Shown here one piece after another: positions 9,514 to 18,974 of a stretch of DNA of 64,000 bases. Position 1 is the first letter of the stretch. Each line of letters opens with the position of its first letter. The DNA lies in the NCBI GenBank assembly GCA_018992565.1, contig JACVGW010000001.1, forward strand, positions 36,712-100,711, in the 5' to 3' direction. A program made the translations under genes and the position numbers. Below the pieces are notes generated by a model. That model made no database searches. It worked only from the letters and a program-made list of their open reading frames with translations, and was not told the DNA's origin. Origin of the DNA: Theionarchaea archaeon (GTDB lineage: Archaea; Methanobacteriota_B; Thermococci; Methanofastidiosales; SZ-28-30).

Positions 9514-9976
9514 GCAGGGAACCCATCGTTTTCCTGTGCCGACCTTTCTGTGGTCACTGCAGTATCTTCAGCTTGTCATGAGGATGTGCGTTATGTTGCG
9601 CTTCGGTAGTACCCAGAAAATCTCAATGCATTTTTGGAATACCAAGAGATTGGTACTTCGTCGCCCCAAAAAGGTCTTTGAGAAAATCGTGTCTGCAGCG
9701 TGACACTGTCTTGTTCAGCTTCTGCAATCGCTGTAACTCCCATTGTTCTGAAGGAATGGGAAGGTTTGCCTATACTTACATAGGAGACACTAGTTCCTCT
9801 TGAATCACTCTTTACAACATCTCTTCTATTTTTGTAACCTAAAATGAAATAAATGAATATCTAAACATAATAACAAAAACAAGATTATTAGTACTCTTTT
9901 TTCCAATTAGAAGAAGAAATAAAGTAATATAAAGAAAAGCAAAACCATATAAAGGATATCACCCACAGAAAACGCA

Positions 9977-11371
9977 ATGCACCTGTACCTCATTCCCCCG
10001 GCTGTGTCCCTGCTGGGCAATGCAGCCATGGGGGTGTACCTTATCAAGAAAAGACCCAGTTCACGGGTAACCCATGCATTTTCGATTCTCATACTCCTGC
10101 TCATAGGCTGGGCGTTCTCCGAGATCATGATGAGGAGCAGCCCCAATGAAGAGATCGCCCTTTTCTGGGCGAAAATCCTCTATCTGAATAGCTTTTTTCT
10201 GCCTTCTGCATTTGTTGTTCTGGCCTACGTCTATACTGGTGGCAAGAAGAAGATATACACCTTTTTGCCATATGCAGCAGGGTTCGGATTCATTTGTCTT
10301 CTATTCACCGACAATTTTCTGGTAGGAATGGAGGAGATCCCTCTCTGGGGGTATGATGCTGATGTTGGTTCTTTGTTCACCTATTTCACAGGAGGATACT
10401 TGGCAATCATTGCGGCCGGGACCTTGATTCTACTGCGTTACTATAAGAAGAGCTCTTCCATAGAGAAACGGAGGCTGCAGACCATGCTGGCGGGCTTTCT
10501 GCTTTCTCTCGTGCTGATTGCCATCACCAACCTACTCTCCCGAATAAAAGATGTCCCTCTTCCCCGTATGGGTTCTATGTTCACTCTCATAGCTACCCTG
10601 AGCTTCGCCTATGGGATCTTGAAATACCAGCTGCTCATTGTACCTATCAGAGAGAGAGCCAGGGAAACGCTTGATGCCAGATGTGGAGCACTCTGCACAT
10701 CGTGTAGCCGATACCTTGAGAACGAGTGTCCCAGCTGTGAGCAGGGAGATAAGGAGTTGAGGGAAAGCTGCCCTATCTATCAGTGTTCTGTGCAGAGAGG
10801 TGTTCTATGTGAAAACTGCCCCCTCCTTCTGGGATGCGAGACCTACAGAACATACTGTGAACAATGTCCTTTCAAAACAGATCAATTTGGACTTAAACCT
10901 AGAAACAGCTACTTGTGGGAAGATGCAGACCCTGATGTGGCCTTTCGCATTTTCAGGGACTACACCATAAGGGGATCCTTTGGACTTCTTATCACCAGGG
11001 AATATCCTGAAAAGGTGAGGGAAAAATACAGCCTTCCTCATGTGAGCATCCTGTGGCTCAGTCAGCTTGAAGATCACGAAAAAGGAGTGGATCCGACCAA
11101 CCTCCCCCGATTGACCCATACTGTAACCCAGTTTGTCAGGCAAACTCCGCAGTCTTTTGTACTACTCACAGGACTGGAGTATCTAGTCGTCCACAACGGG
11201 TTTGAGAGAGTCCTCAAGCATGTGCACATGATGAATGATCAGGTGATGACTCATAGCTCACGGCTGCTGGTCGTTGTAGACCCCAAGACGCTTGATCCCA
11301 AAGAACTGAGTCTTCTGCAGAGAGAATTGCGTTCTTTGAAGAAGGAAAACCTTTTTAAATATCCTGCTTAA
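9977..11371 (+). CDS. Membrane sensor: 7TM (HisKA_7TM-like) domain + 12-Cys linker + C-terminal DUF835 domain
   Basis: The N-terminal ~230 aa form seven hydrophobic helices. The linker is CGALCTSC...CPSC...CPIYQC...CENC...C...CEQC. The C-terminal block GLLITREYPEKVREKY...ILWLS...LLTGLEYLVVHNGFERVLKHV...VVVDPKTLDPKELSLLQREL matches DUF835 and resembles the tail of ORF 38037-40142. Confidence 0.65.
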   Translation: MHLYLIPPAVSLLGNAAMGVYLIKKRPSSRVTHAFSILILLLIGWAFSEIMMRSSPNEEIALFWAKILYLNSFFLPSAFVVLAYVYTGGKKKIYTFLPYAAGFGFICLLFTDNFLVGMEEIPLWGYDADVGSLFTYFTGGYLAIIAAGTLILLRYYKKSSSIEKRRLQTMLAGFLLSLVLIAITNLLSRIKDVPLPRMGSMFTLIATLSFAYGILKYQLLIVPIRERARETLDARCGALCTSCSRYLENECPSCEQGDKELRESCPIYQCSVQRGVLCENCPLLLGCETYRTYCEQCPFKTDQFGLKPRNSYLWEDADPDVAFRIFRDYTIRGSFGLLITREYPEKVREKYSLPHVSILWLSQLEDHEKGVDPTNLPRLTHTVTQFVRQTPQSFVLLTGLEYLVVHNGFERVLKHVHMMNDQVMTHSSRLLVVVDPKTLDPKELSLLQRELRSLKKENLFKYPA

Positions 11372-11374
11372 GGA

Positions 11375-11962
11375 ATGTTAATGGATCTCGTTGGAATAAT
11401 TCCCACAGGGAAGGTCTGGGGTCTCATTCTAAGGGATTTGATACTTGATTCGAAGACATTGTTCGAAAAGGCTGGAAAAAAACTGATGATAGACATATTG
11501 ACAGAACGTCCGTGCCCTCTTCCCAGGCTGGCCTATGATAAAGATTTGAGAAAGTATCGGGTAGAAGGGTTTTACTTGCAAGCTTTTGACATAAAAAGCG
11601 AAGTGGAACGTCTTCACAACATTTCCATTGACAAGGTTCTGGTTTTGACTGATGTTGATATCTGTGACCCACCGTGTATGAATGGCTTCGGATTTTCTGA
11701 CGCAGTCAACCGCATGTTCGCCATTGTCTCTATTTTCAAGTTGGAGAAAGGTGCCAGTGAAACTGTACTGAGAGATCGGCTGGTAAAAGAGGCGGCACAC
11801 GAGCTGGGTCATACATACGGGCTGGACCACTGTGCCAAAAGCATCTGCCCCATGAGCGATTCCCCGTCAACCCTGGAGATAGACCAGAAAGCCAAAGAAT
11901 TCTGCCCACGCTGCACCGAGATGCTTTCAGATAGTGGATATGGCAGGTACTGGGGGGTTTGA
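11375..11962 (+). CDS. amzA: Archaemetzincin (peptidase M54)
   Basis: It has the signature HELGHTYGLDHCAKSICPM...CPRC (HExxHxxGxxxCxxxxCxM followed by CxxC). Confidence 0.8.
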   Translation: MLMDLVGIIPTGKVWGLILRDLILDSKTLFEKAGKKLMIDILTERPCPLPRLAYDKDLRKYRVEGFYLQAFDIKSEVERLHNISIDKVLVLTDVDICDPPCMNGFGFSDAVNRMFAIVSIFKLEKGASETVLRDRLVKEAAHELGHTYGLDHCAKSICPMSDSPSTLEIDQKAKEFCPRCTEMLSDSGYGRYWGV

Positions 11963-12747
11963 TGATTTACTATTACCCGGGTGAGAGCTTTCCTGCAATT
12001 TCTGTTACAGGTAGGCAGTGTCAGCTCATGTGTCCTCACTGCCAGGGGCACTACTTGAAATCCATGGTTGAGGCCAGGACGGGACGGGACCTAGTTGCTG
12101 TGTGCAAAGGTGTGGAAAACCGGGGAGGTGTGGGCTGTTTGATCTCAGGAGGATGTGACGCTAGGGGGAGAGTCCCGCTGCCCCTGCAGGCCATCAAACA
12201 AGTAAAAGAGGAAACCCACCTCATCCTGAATGTGCATACAGGTCTCGTGGATGAAAGTACTGCAGGAGTCCTGCGGGAAATAAACCCCTATATCTCCTTT
12301 GAAATTCCAACAGAGGCTGTACTACGCGAACTATATCAGATTAGAGCCAAACAGGAAGATTACTTTTCATCTCTCCTGCACCTTGAGGGGCTGCGTGTGA
12401 TCCCTCACGTCATGGTGGGGTTCAGGACAAAATATGATGCAGAGACCATATCCCGGATTAGAGATATGGGATTTGACACCCTGGTTCTCATTGTGTTTAC
12501 ATCTACACGAGGGACTCCTTTTGAGAATCATGTGGTAGACCTGCAGAGAGTCAGGGAGAGCATTGAAAAGGCTCGGTCACTGTTTCCTCGTCTCTTCCTG
12601 GGATGTATGCGACCCCGAATCAGAGAGCTTGAGGAATGTGCCCCCCTATTTGACGGTATTGTGGTTCCAACACCCTGGGCAAGAGACGCTGTGATCCGGG
12701 CGGGATTACCTGTGAGAATTATGAAGACCTGCTGTGTGGTAGAATGA
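11959..12747 (+). CDS. Radical SAM protein (function unknown)
   Basis: CxxxCxxC cluster motif CQLMCPHC lies near the N-terminus, with the block ISGGCDARGRVPL. Its start overlaps the amzA stop (ATGA). Confidence 0.6.
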   Translation: MMIYYYPGESFPAISVTGRQCQLMCPHCQGHYLKSMVEARTGRDLVAVCKGVENRGGVGCLISGGCDARGRVPLPLQAIKQVKEETHLILNVHTGLVDESTAGVLREINPYISFEIPTEAVLRELYQIRAKQEDYFSSLLHLEGLRVIPHVMVGFRTKYDAETISRIRDMGFDTLVLIVFTSTRGTPFENHVVDLQRVRESIEKARSLFPRLFLGCMRPRIRELEECAPLFDGIVVPTPWARDAVIRAGLPVRIMKTCCVVE

Positions 12748-12962
12748 GGTTCAACCCCAGCACACATCGTATCATGCTAGACGTCTTTGGATCGCGCCAC
12801 CTAGGAGTCATCTCTGCATAAGACCTCACATTTTCTTTCTAAGAGATGAAAAGACTTATATGCTGCTCTTACACCTCAGTATCCGTGTATCAAAGTCTGA
12901 AGCTTTAGGAGAAGCTCAGAAGATTGGCAGACATCTGTGCAGACACTCAACCGGGTGATCCT

Positions 12963-13096
12963 TTGATTGAACCTGAGAATCTGACCAGGAAATTTGGCAC
13001 TCTCACTGCGGCTGATGCTGTGGGTGGTCGCATTCAGTTCGTTACTGAGGTCAGCCCAGCGTTAGAGAATGTGTACTCGAAACTGGCCAGGAGTTG
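12963..13096 (+). pseudogene. Remnant of an ABC-transporter ATPase gene (large internal deletion)
   Basis: The reading frame gives LIEPENLTRKFGTLTAADAV (a typical ABC ATPase N-terminus before the Walker A). It is fused directly to ...VSPALENVYSKLARS*, a typical ABC-2 ATPase C-terminus. Walker A, signature and Walker B motifs are all missing. The stop sits 8 nt before the permease ATG, as in intact ATPase-permease pairs. Confidence 0.45.
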
Positions 13097-13103
13097 AAGA
13101 AAG

Positions 13104-13844
13104 ATGGATCTGGAAAATTCCTTGACAGCTGCAGTGAAGGGCTTTGGCATATTCAAGAGGCAAAAGAATATACTCATTTCCCTAGTCTCCTTTCCACCTA
13201 TATTGTCGATTGGTCTGCCTGCAGTCATCTGGCTCTTGATAACGGTAAGATCGATTCCCACAGGAGTGATCACCGTTCTGCTGAATGCATTTTCCTTTTA
13301 CTTTGTCATCCTGGCATGCTTCCTCCCCATTACTCTCGCATCTTACAGTATTGTTCGCGATAAGATCGAGAAAAGCCTAGAACCACTTCTGGCAACCCCC
13401 ATAACCGATAGTGAATTCCTCTTTGGGAAGAGCCTTGCGGCATTTCTGCCATCCATCGCCGCGACGTATGCAGGTATCGTCATATTCATGCCGCTTGCAG
13501 ATGCACTAACATACAATAAGCTCGGTTATCTTTTTTTCCTCAATGGAACCATGATAGTCATTCTGCTGTTGACGTTACCTCTCTCATGTATGCTGAGCGT
13601 TGAAATGAATGTCATTATTTCCTCAAGAGTCAATGATTTGAGGACTGCAGCGGAACTTGGAGCACTCGTATTGCTTCCCTTTGGAGCTATTTATGTTCTT
13701 TCTGAGCTCGATTTCATTCCGCTCAATGAAGTCAATTTGTTAATGATTTCAGTCTTTGTTGCCGCTGTTGATGTATTTCTGTTCTACCTGAGCAGAATCA
13801 CCTTCCGCAGGGAGGAGATTCTTGCAGAATCAAAACAAGAGTGA
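13104..13844 (+). CDS. ABC-2-type transporter permease-like membrane protein
   Basis: 246 aa with about six hydrophobic helices. It sits directly downstream of the ABC ATPase remnant. Confidence 0.5.
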   Translation: MDLENSLTAAVKGFGIFKRQKNILISLVSFPPILSIGLPAVIWLLITVRSIPTGVITVLLNAFSFYFVILACFLPITLASYSIVRDKIEKSLEPLLATPITDSEFLFGKSLAAFLPSIAATYAGIVIFMPLADALTYNKLGYLFFLNGTMIVILLLTLPLSCMLSVEMNVIISSRVNDLRTAAELGALVLLPFGAIYVLSELDFIPLNEVNLLMISVFVAAVDVFLFYLSRITFRREEILAESKQE

Positions 13845-13886
13845 TAAAAATGGAGTCAAATTGTATTATCTGGTCCACGTGATGGA

Positions 13887-14822
13887 ATGAAAACGATACG
13901 CGTCTCTCTGGGCTCTGCAGCAGCATTGGGGTTGAAAAAGGTCAGAATAGACTGTCTGCCCACCACCATATACATCATGACCCCTGGAAAGTGTAGGGCG
14001 CGCTGTTTGTTTTGTTCCCAGTGGATACAGAGGGACTACTTGTCCAGAGTCCACTGGCCGGAATTCACAGTGGAAGATGTAGTATCTCATTTGAAGAAGG
14101 ATCAAAGGGTGTGCATCCAGTGCCTTAATTATGAAGGCGTATTTGAAGAGGTCATGGAACTTGCTGGACGATTGCAGGATAAGACAGGAGCTATTTCTGT
14201 TTCAGCCCACCCTTTTTCTAGAGAGGAAATTTGCAGTCTGCATCCCTATATCGACCGAATCTCCATTAACATGGATTGTGCAACGCAGAGTCTTTTTGAG
14301 AAGATCAAACCCTACTATTCTTGGAAGAACCATCTGTCATCCCTGCTGTATGCAAAACGAATCTTCGGCGCATTTAAAGCAGGGTCTCACTTGATTGTGG
14401 GGCTCGGTGAGACTGAAGAGGAGATGGGCCGAATGATGGCCTGGTTGTATCACCATGAACTCACCTGTTCTCTGTTTGCCTTCACTCCCCTGCCAGGTAC
14501 ACCACTCGAAAAAGTGAAGAAACCAGATATCACCTACTACAGACGCTTGCAGGCCGCCCACTATCTCATGTATGACAGGGGAGAAACGCTACGATTTGAA
14601 AACGGACTCATCTCCAATCTCAACGATGACATTCCTCCAGAGGCTTTTACCACCAGAGGATGTCCTGGGTGCAACAGGCCGTATTACACAGAAACTCCCA
14701 GAAATATATATAATTTTCCGTACACTCCTACAGAATCACAAAGAAACCTTGTTAAAGCCCAATTAAAGAGAATAGATACGCCTGGCTGTAATGATAGTAC
14801 ATGTCCGAAAAAGAGTCAATGA
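13887..14822 (+). CDS. Radical SAM protein, BioB/ThiH-like subgroup
   Basis: CxxxCxxC motif CRARCLFC. The block LIVGLGETEEEM is typical of the biotin-synthase-like radical SAM subgroup. CPGC lies near the C-terminus. Confidence 0.65.
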   Translation: MKTIRVSLGSAAALGLKKVRIDCLPTTIYIMTPGKCRARCLFCSQWIQRDYLSRVHWPEFTVEDVVSHLKKDQRVCIQCLNYEGVFEEVMELAGRLQDKTGAISVSAHPFSREEICSLHPYIDRISINMDCATQSLFEKIKPYYSWKNHLSSLLYAKRIFGAFKAGSHLIVGLGETEEEMGRMMAWLYHHELTCSLFAFTPLPGTPLEKVKKPDITYYRRLQAAHYLMYDRGETLRFENGLISNLNDDIPPEAFTTRGCPGCNRPYYTETPRNIYNFPYTPTESQRNLVKAQLKRIDTPGCNDSTCPKKSQ

Positions 14823-14835
14823 ACGCTGCTTGTAT

Positions 14836-15858
14836 TCACCCTGCTTTGTCAAATATCTGCTTCAGGTCAACGTGCCGTTTCACAAGTTCTTTGACCAGGG
14901 GGGCCCGGTGAGGCCTCAGCTCAGCCACTGTCTGTTCGCACCTCTGGGCTGCGGTCATGGTATCATACGGGACCATCACCACGGGGATATGCAGCTCATC
15001 TGCCTTTGCCAGAACATCCATGGAAGGATAGCTGCTTCCTGTGAGTACAAGAAGGCTGCTTCCGGAATCGCATGCAAGAAGCTGCATGTCCGCCCTGTCT
15101 CCTCCTGTCACCATAATGGTCTTCTGAGGAAATCCCATCTGCTGCAGCGTTCTCTGAGCAGTGTCATATGTCATGGCCCCCACTACTGTAGTTCCTACCA
15201 TCTTGTGCAGTCCTTCTTCTCCTGCAAGGAGTTCTCCATCCAGGACATCCAGGACATCCTCGGAGGTGGGAGTCTTGAGGTCTTCATCCTCTGGAATGAC
15301 GCCCAGAAGGGTGATTCCTTTCTCTTCCAATTGTGCCTGAAGGTTCTCATCCAGTGATGAAGCCTTATTGACCACCACTCCCAGCATGATAGCCTCTTTT
15401 ACAGCAAAACAACGGTCAGCCATAACGCTCTTATCAATGATTTTTTCAGATGTGCCCTCTGTTACAAGCACAGCAGGCACTCCTAATTGTGAACCAATCT
15501 GGGGAGCGCTCAGCCCAGTGTAAGAACCGTATGAGAGCGTATGGGCTGTCTCAATGATTGTGAAATCCTTTCCCCTTGAGAGCTGCTGATATCGTTCCAT
15601 CAATAGGTGAGTGAAATCCGTTTCTGGTTCAAGATCATGCATGATCCTGTGATAATCCTTGGACAAATTGAAAGACCCAGCATCCTCCGTCAAGCCGAAT
15701 ACCTCTCTGAATAGGAGGACATCTCTATCGTTCCCATTGTCAAGGTTTGTACCCAATGGCTTGAAAAACCCAACCTTTCCTGGGCAGTTGAGACCGATAC
15801 CTAGACCCACCATGGTCTTACCGGCATTTTTGCTGGTTGAAGTAATCAGCAAGCTCAT
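14836..15858 (-). CDS. Phosphotransacetylase N-terminal-like protein (CobQ/MinD-type NTP-binding domain + DRTGG domain)
   Basis: N-terminal P-loop-like block ITSTSKNAGKT. The C-terminal block MVTGGDRADMQLLA...LVLTG is the DRTGG domain signature. Confidence 0.7.
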   Translation of the reverse strand: MSLLITSTSKNAGKTMVGLGIGLNCPGKVGFFKPLGTNLDNGNDRDVLLFREVFGLTEDAGSFNLSKDYHRIMHDLEPETDFTHLLMERYQQLSRGKDFTIIETAHTLSYGSYTGLSAPQIGSQLGVPAVLVTEGTSEKIIDKSVMADRCFAVKEAIMLGVVVNKASSLDENLQAQLEEKGITLLGVIPEDEDLKTPTSEDVLDVLDGELLAGEEGLHKMVGTTVVGAMTYDTAQRTLQQMGFPQKTIMVTGGDRADMQLLACDSGSSLLVLTGSSYPSMDVLAKADELHIPVVMVPYDTMTAAQRCEQTVAELRPHRAPLVKELVKRHVDLKQIFDKAG

Positions 15859-15962
15859 GGACTCTCTTCCTTTCCACGCTATAAATAGGTTTGGTTCATA
15901 CCAACTTGCACAGAAATAGTAGTCTTCTCAGAATTAAATACAAAAAAGAGAGAAAAAGGAGA

Positions 15963-17900
15963 TTATTTGACACTGTCTTTGATCTTTTCCACAATAGATG
16001 AATCTCGAAGTGTTGTGGTGTCGCCGAGTTCTTTTCCCTCTGCAATGTCCTTGAGAAGTCGACGCATAATCTTTCCTGACCGCGTCTTGGGCAAGTCCTC
16101 AGTGAATACGATCCAGTCTGGCCTTGCAATGGGGCCGATAACAGTGCCCACATGTTTCTTGAGGTCTGCTTCCAGTTCACTGGAGGCTGACTGCTCTCCC
16201 TTGAGAATGACGAAGGCCATGATCCCCTGTCCCTTAACGTCATGTGGTCTGGCTACTACAGCAGCTTCTGCTACAGCAGGATGGTCAACAAGCGCAGATT
16301 CGACTTCCATGGTACTGATCCTGTGGCCTGAGACATTCATCACATCATCCACACGGCCCAGTATCCAGATGTATCCATCCATATCCTTCTTTGCTCCATC
16401 TCCAGGGAAGTAGATTTCTTTGCCGTAACGATCCCAGTAGGTCTTCACGTACCGATCAGGATCTTTGTACAATGTTCGAAGCATGGCAGGCCAAGGAGTC
16501 TTCATCACCAGGTATCCGCCACCTCCTGGAGGCACCGGTGTTCCCTTCTCATCCACAACGTCTGCTTTCAGGCTGGGGAAGGGTTTAGTTGCACTCCCTG
16601 GCTTCAGAGTGGTCACTCCAGGCAGAGGTGTGATCAAGATCATGCCAGTCTCGGTTTGCCACCAGGTATCCACTATGGGACATGTGCTCTTGCCAATAGT
16701 CTCGTAATACCACATCCAGGCTGCTGGGTTGATAGGTTCACCCACACTTCCCAGAAGTCGCAGAGTGGAGAGATCATGCATCTCAGGGTACTTCTTTCCC
16801 CACTGCATGAAGGCCCTAATGGCAGTAGGAGCGGTATAGAATACAGTCACCCCATATTTCTCCACAATACCCCAGAATCTGTCCTTGTCGGGATAATCGG
16901 GTGCACCTTCAAACATCACACTTGTTGTACCCAGAGCTAAGGGGCCATATACAATGTAGCTGTGCCCCGTGACCCAGCCAATGTCAGCTGTGCACCAGAA
17001 GGTGTCTTCTTCTTTGAGATCGAACACCCATTTGGTAGTAGCATATACTCCCGTCAGGTAGCCTCCGGTGGTGTGGACCACACCTTTCGGTTTTGCAGTG
17101 GTACCCGAGGTATACAGAATATAGAGGATGTCTTCAGCATCCATAGGTTCTGCTTCACACACAGACGAAGCATCCTTCATAAGTTCATGCCACCAAAGGT
17201 CTCGTCCCTTTTTGAAAGGAATGTCGTTTTCTGTCCGTTTCACCACAATAACATGCTCGATAGAAGGTGTTTCTCTTAATGCTTCATCTGCATTCTCTTT
17301 GAGAGCAACGACCTTTCCTCGCCTCCACCCTCCATCTGTGGTTATGAGGATCTTCGCTTCTGCATCAATGATTCTGTCCCGCAGAGAAGCAGGCGAGAAC
17401 CCTCCAAATACAATACTGTGAGGGGCACCAATACGGGTACAGGCCAGCATGGCAATAGGAAGTTCAGGAACCATGGGCATATAAATGGCAACTCGATCTC
17501 CTTTCTTCACGCCCAGCCCTTTGAGCACATTAGCAAATTTGCATACTTCCCTGTATAGATCCCAATACGTGTAGATCTTGATGTCGCCAGGCTCACCTTC
17601 CCAGATAATAGCTGCTTTATTCTTTCGAAAGGTCTGGATGTGCCTATCCAGGCAATTATAACTAACGTTGATTTTTCCATTGATGAACCACTTGGCCCAC
17701 GGAGGATCCCATTCTAAGACTCTGTCCCACTTCTTGAACCAGTGCAGTTCTTCAGCAAACGTGGCCCAGAATCCTTCGAAATCCTTTTCAGCTTTCTCAT
17801 ATATGGTATCGTCTTTTACCCAGGCCTGTTTTTTGAAATCTTCAGGCGGGGGAAAAACCTTTCCCTCTTCCAATAATACTTCAATTGTCTCATCTGACAT
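15963..17900 (-). CDS. acs: Acetyl-CoA synthetase (AMP-forming)
   Basis: 645 aa. AMP-binding motifs [11 protein letters not shown] and WWQTETG are present, with the C-terminal block [14 protein letters not shown]. Confidence 0.9.
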   Translation of the reverse strand: MSDETIEVLLEEGKVFPPPEDFKKQAWVKDDTIYEKAEKDFEGFWATFAEELHWFKKWDRVLEWDPPWAKWFINGKINVSYNCLDRHIQTFRKNKAAIIWEGEPGDIKIYTYWDLYREVCKFANVLKGLGVKKGDRVAIYMPMVPELPIAMLACTRIGAPHSIVFGGFSPASLRDRIIDAEAKILITTDGGWRRGKVVALKENADEALRETPSIEHVIVVKRTENDIPFKKGRDLWWHELMKDASSVCEAEPMDAEDILYILYTSGTTAKPKGVVHTTGGYLTGVYATTKWVFDLKEEDTFWCTADIGWVTGHSYIVYGPLALGTTSVMFEGAPDYPDKDRFWGIVEKYGVTVFYTAPTAIRAFMQWGKKYPEMHDLSTLRLLGSVGEPINPAAWMWYYETIGKSTCPIVDTWWQTETGMILITPLPGVTTLKPGSATKPFPSLKADVVDEKGTPVPPGGGGYLVMKTPWPAMLRTLYKDPDRYVKTYWDRYGKEIYFPGDGAKKDMDGYIWILGRVDDVMNVSGHRISTMEVESALVDHPAVAEAAVVARPHDVKGQGIMAFVILKGEQSASSELEADLKKHVGTVIGPIARPDWIVFTEDLPKTRSGKIMRRLLKDIAEGKELGDTTTLRDSSIVEKIKDSVK

Positions 17901-18026
17901 GTTCTCACCTCAGATTAGCGCAAGGCTATACATAGTTGATCTAGGAATTACTTTTAAATGTTGTGGTATGTAAACTGTACCTACGTCACGTTACCACACC
18001 GCTGAATGGCTCCTAGTACTAGTGGG

Positions 18027-18974
18027 TTAGGGGGACGGAAGAGCCAGGTCAGCAGGGCCGTGCTTTGACAGTCTCAGATCTGGGTGGATCTTTTCCACAA
18101 AATCCCGGATTATTTCCGCGTACTTGACCTTTTCCCTGGCGAACTTCGCAAGGAACTCTTCTGCAGTCCAGGGTTTATAGAGGCCTCCTCCTACGGCTAA
18201 GGCTGTACCAGGTTCTATCTTGAAGTAACATGGGGATGTTACCCTGGCCAGCTCTGCTGTCTCCCACATTCTATTATATCCTCCAAAAGACTCTGACAGC
18301 ATCACATGTACATCCACTGGTATTTTCACTGCCTTTCTGATAGCAGCAAACATCGGGAGGCTCAAGTCACCAAGTGGGTTAAAGGTATTTGCACCCAGTG
18401 ATTCAAGGACCTTCCCTCCAGCTCCACTTGCATGACCTGCATAGATGGAAACCTTAAATATGGTGTCTTTCTGTATGATGCCGTCTTCCCGCAACTTGGA
18501 AAGCAGCCAGAGTGCTCCCTCATCCATGACCAGGAATCCTCTGAATCCCAGCTCAGCGCAGCGCACAATATCTGCTATCAGGTACGATAGGTTGTCACTA
18601 CCTCGGATTCTTGCTCCCGAAAGGCCTCCTTCTGGTGTAACCAGTTGCCGACCTGTATCCCAGGCGCTACGTGGCCCTGGTGTCAGCACCACTTCCATTT
18701 TCTTTTCTTTGGCCAGCTGGGCAAATTGAGTCAGTTCTTCATCATCCAAGAGTGTTGACCCCATAACAACGCTTATGAGCCTATGGATAGGTACATCACG
18801 CTTCTCCATTTCATCAACAAGAGCTTCTAGTGTGGAAAGGCGCTCAACCCCAGAAATCTCCATGCGGTAATGAGCACCGTCAGGGAATTTCAAGGGAGAA
18901 GACGGCAATTCATACAAATCCCTCCCTGGAATTCCATGTTTTTCCATGGCACGTCTAATTTCTTGAATGTCCAT
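18027..18974 (-). CDS. Conserved hypothetical protein (possible alpha/beta-barrel enzyme), function unknown
   Basis: Long ORF with good coding character. The start was moved to ATG 18974, which follows GAGGAGGAATTCAG. I recognised no diagnostic motif. Confidence 0.5.
   Translation of the reverse strand: MDIQEIRRAMEKHGIPGRDLYELPSSPLKFPDGAHYRMEISGVERLSTLEALVDEMEKRDVPIHRLISVVMGSTLLDDEELTQFAQLAKEKKMEVVLTPGPRSAWDTGRQLVTPEGGLSGARIRGSDNLSYLIADIVRCAELGFRGFLVMDEGALWLLSKLREDGIIQKDTIFKVSIYAGHASGAGGKVLESLGANTFNPLGDLSLPMFAAIRKAVKIPVDVHVMLSESFGGYNRMWETAELARVTSPCYFKIEPGTALAVGGGLYKPWTAEEFLAKFAREKVKYAEIIRDFVEKIHPDLRLSKHGPADLALPSP

Noticed and set aside
13094-13363. 89-aa ORF overlapping the start of the permease gene in another frame
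   Set aside because: The 246-aa frame from 13104 gives a coherent multi-helix membrane protein, and the alternative frame has no features.
14791-15357. 188-aa plus-strand ORF overlapping the DRTGG gene
   Set aside because: It is antisense to a gene with clear DRTGG and P-loop motifs. Its translation is His/Cys/Ser-rich without pattern.
15967-17973. Series of plus-strand ORFs (15967-16413, 16465-16707, 16656-16940, 16962-17279, 17128-17421, 17668-17973) inside the acs locus
   Set aside because: All are antisense to an unambiguous 645-aa acetyl-CoA synthetase. They are typical shadow frames.
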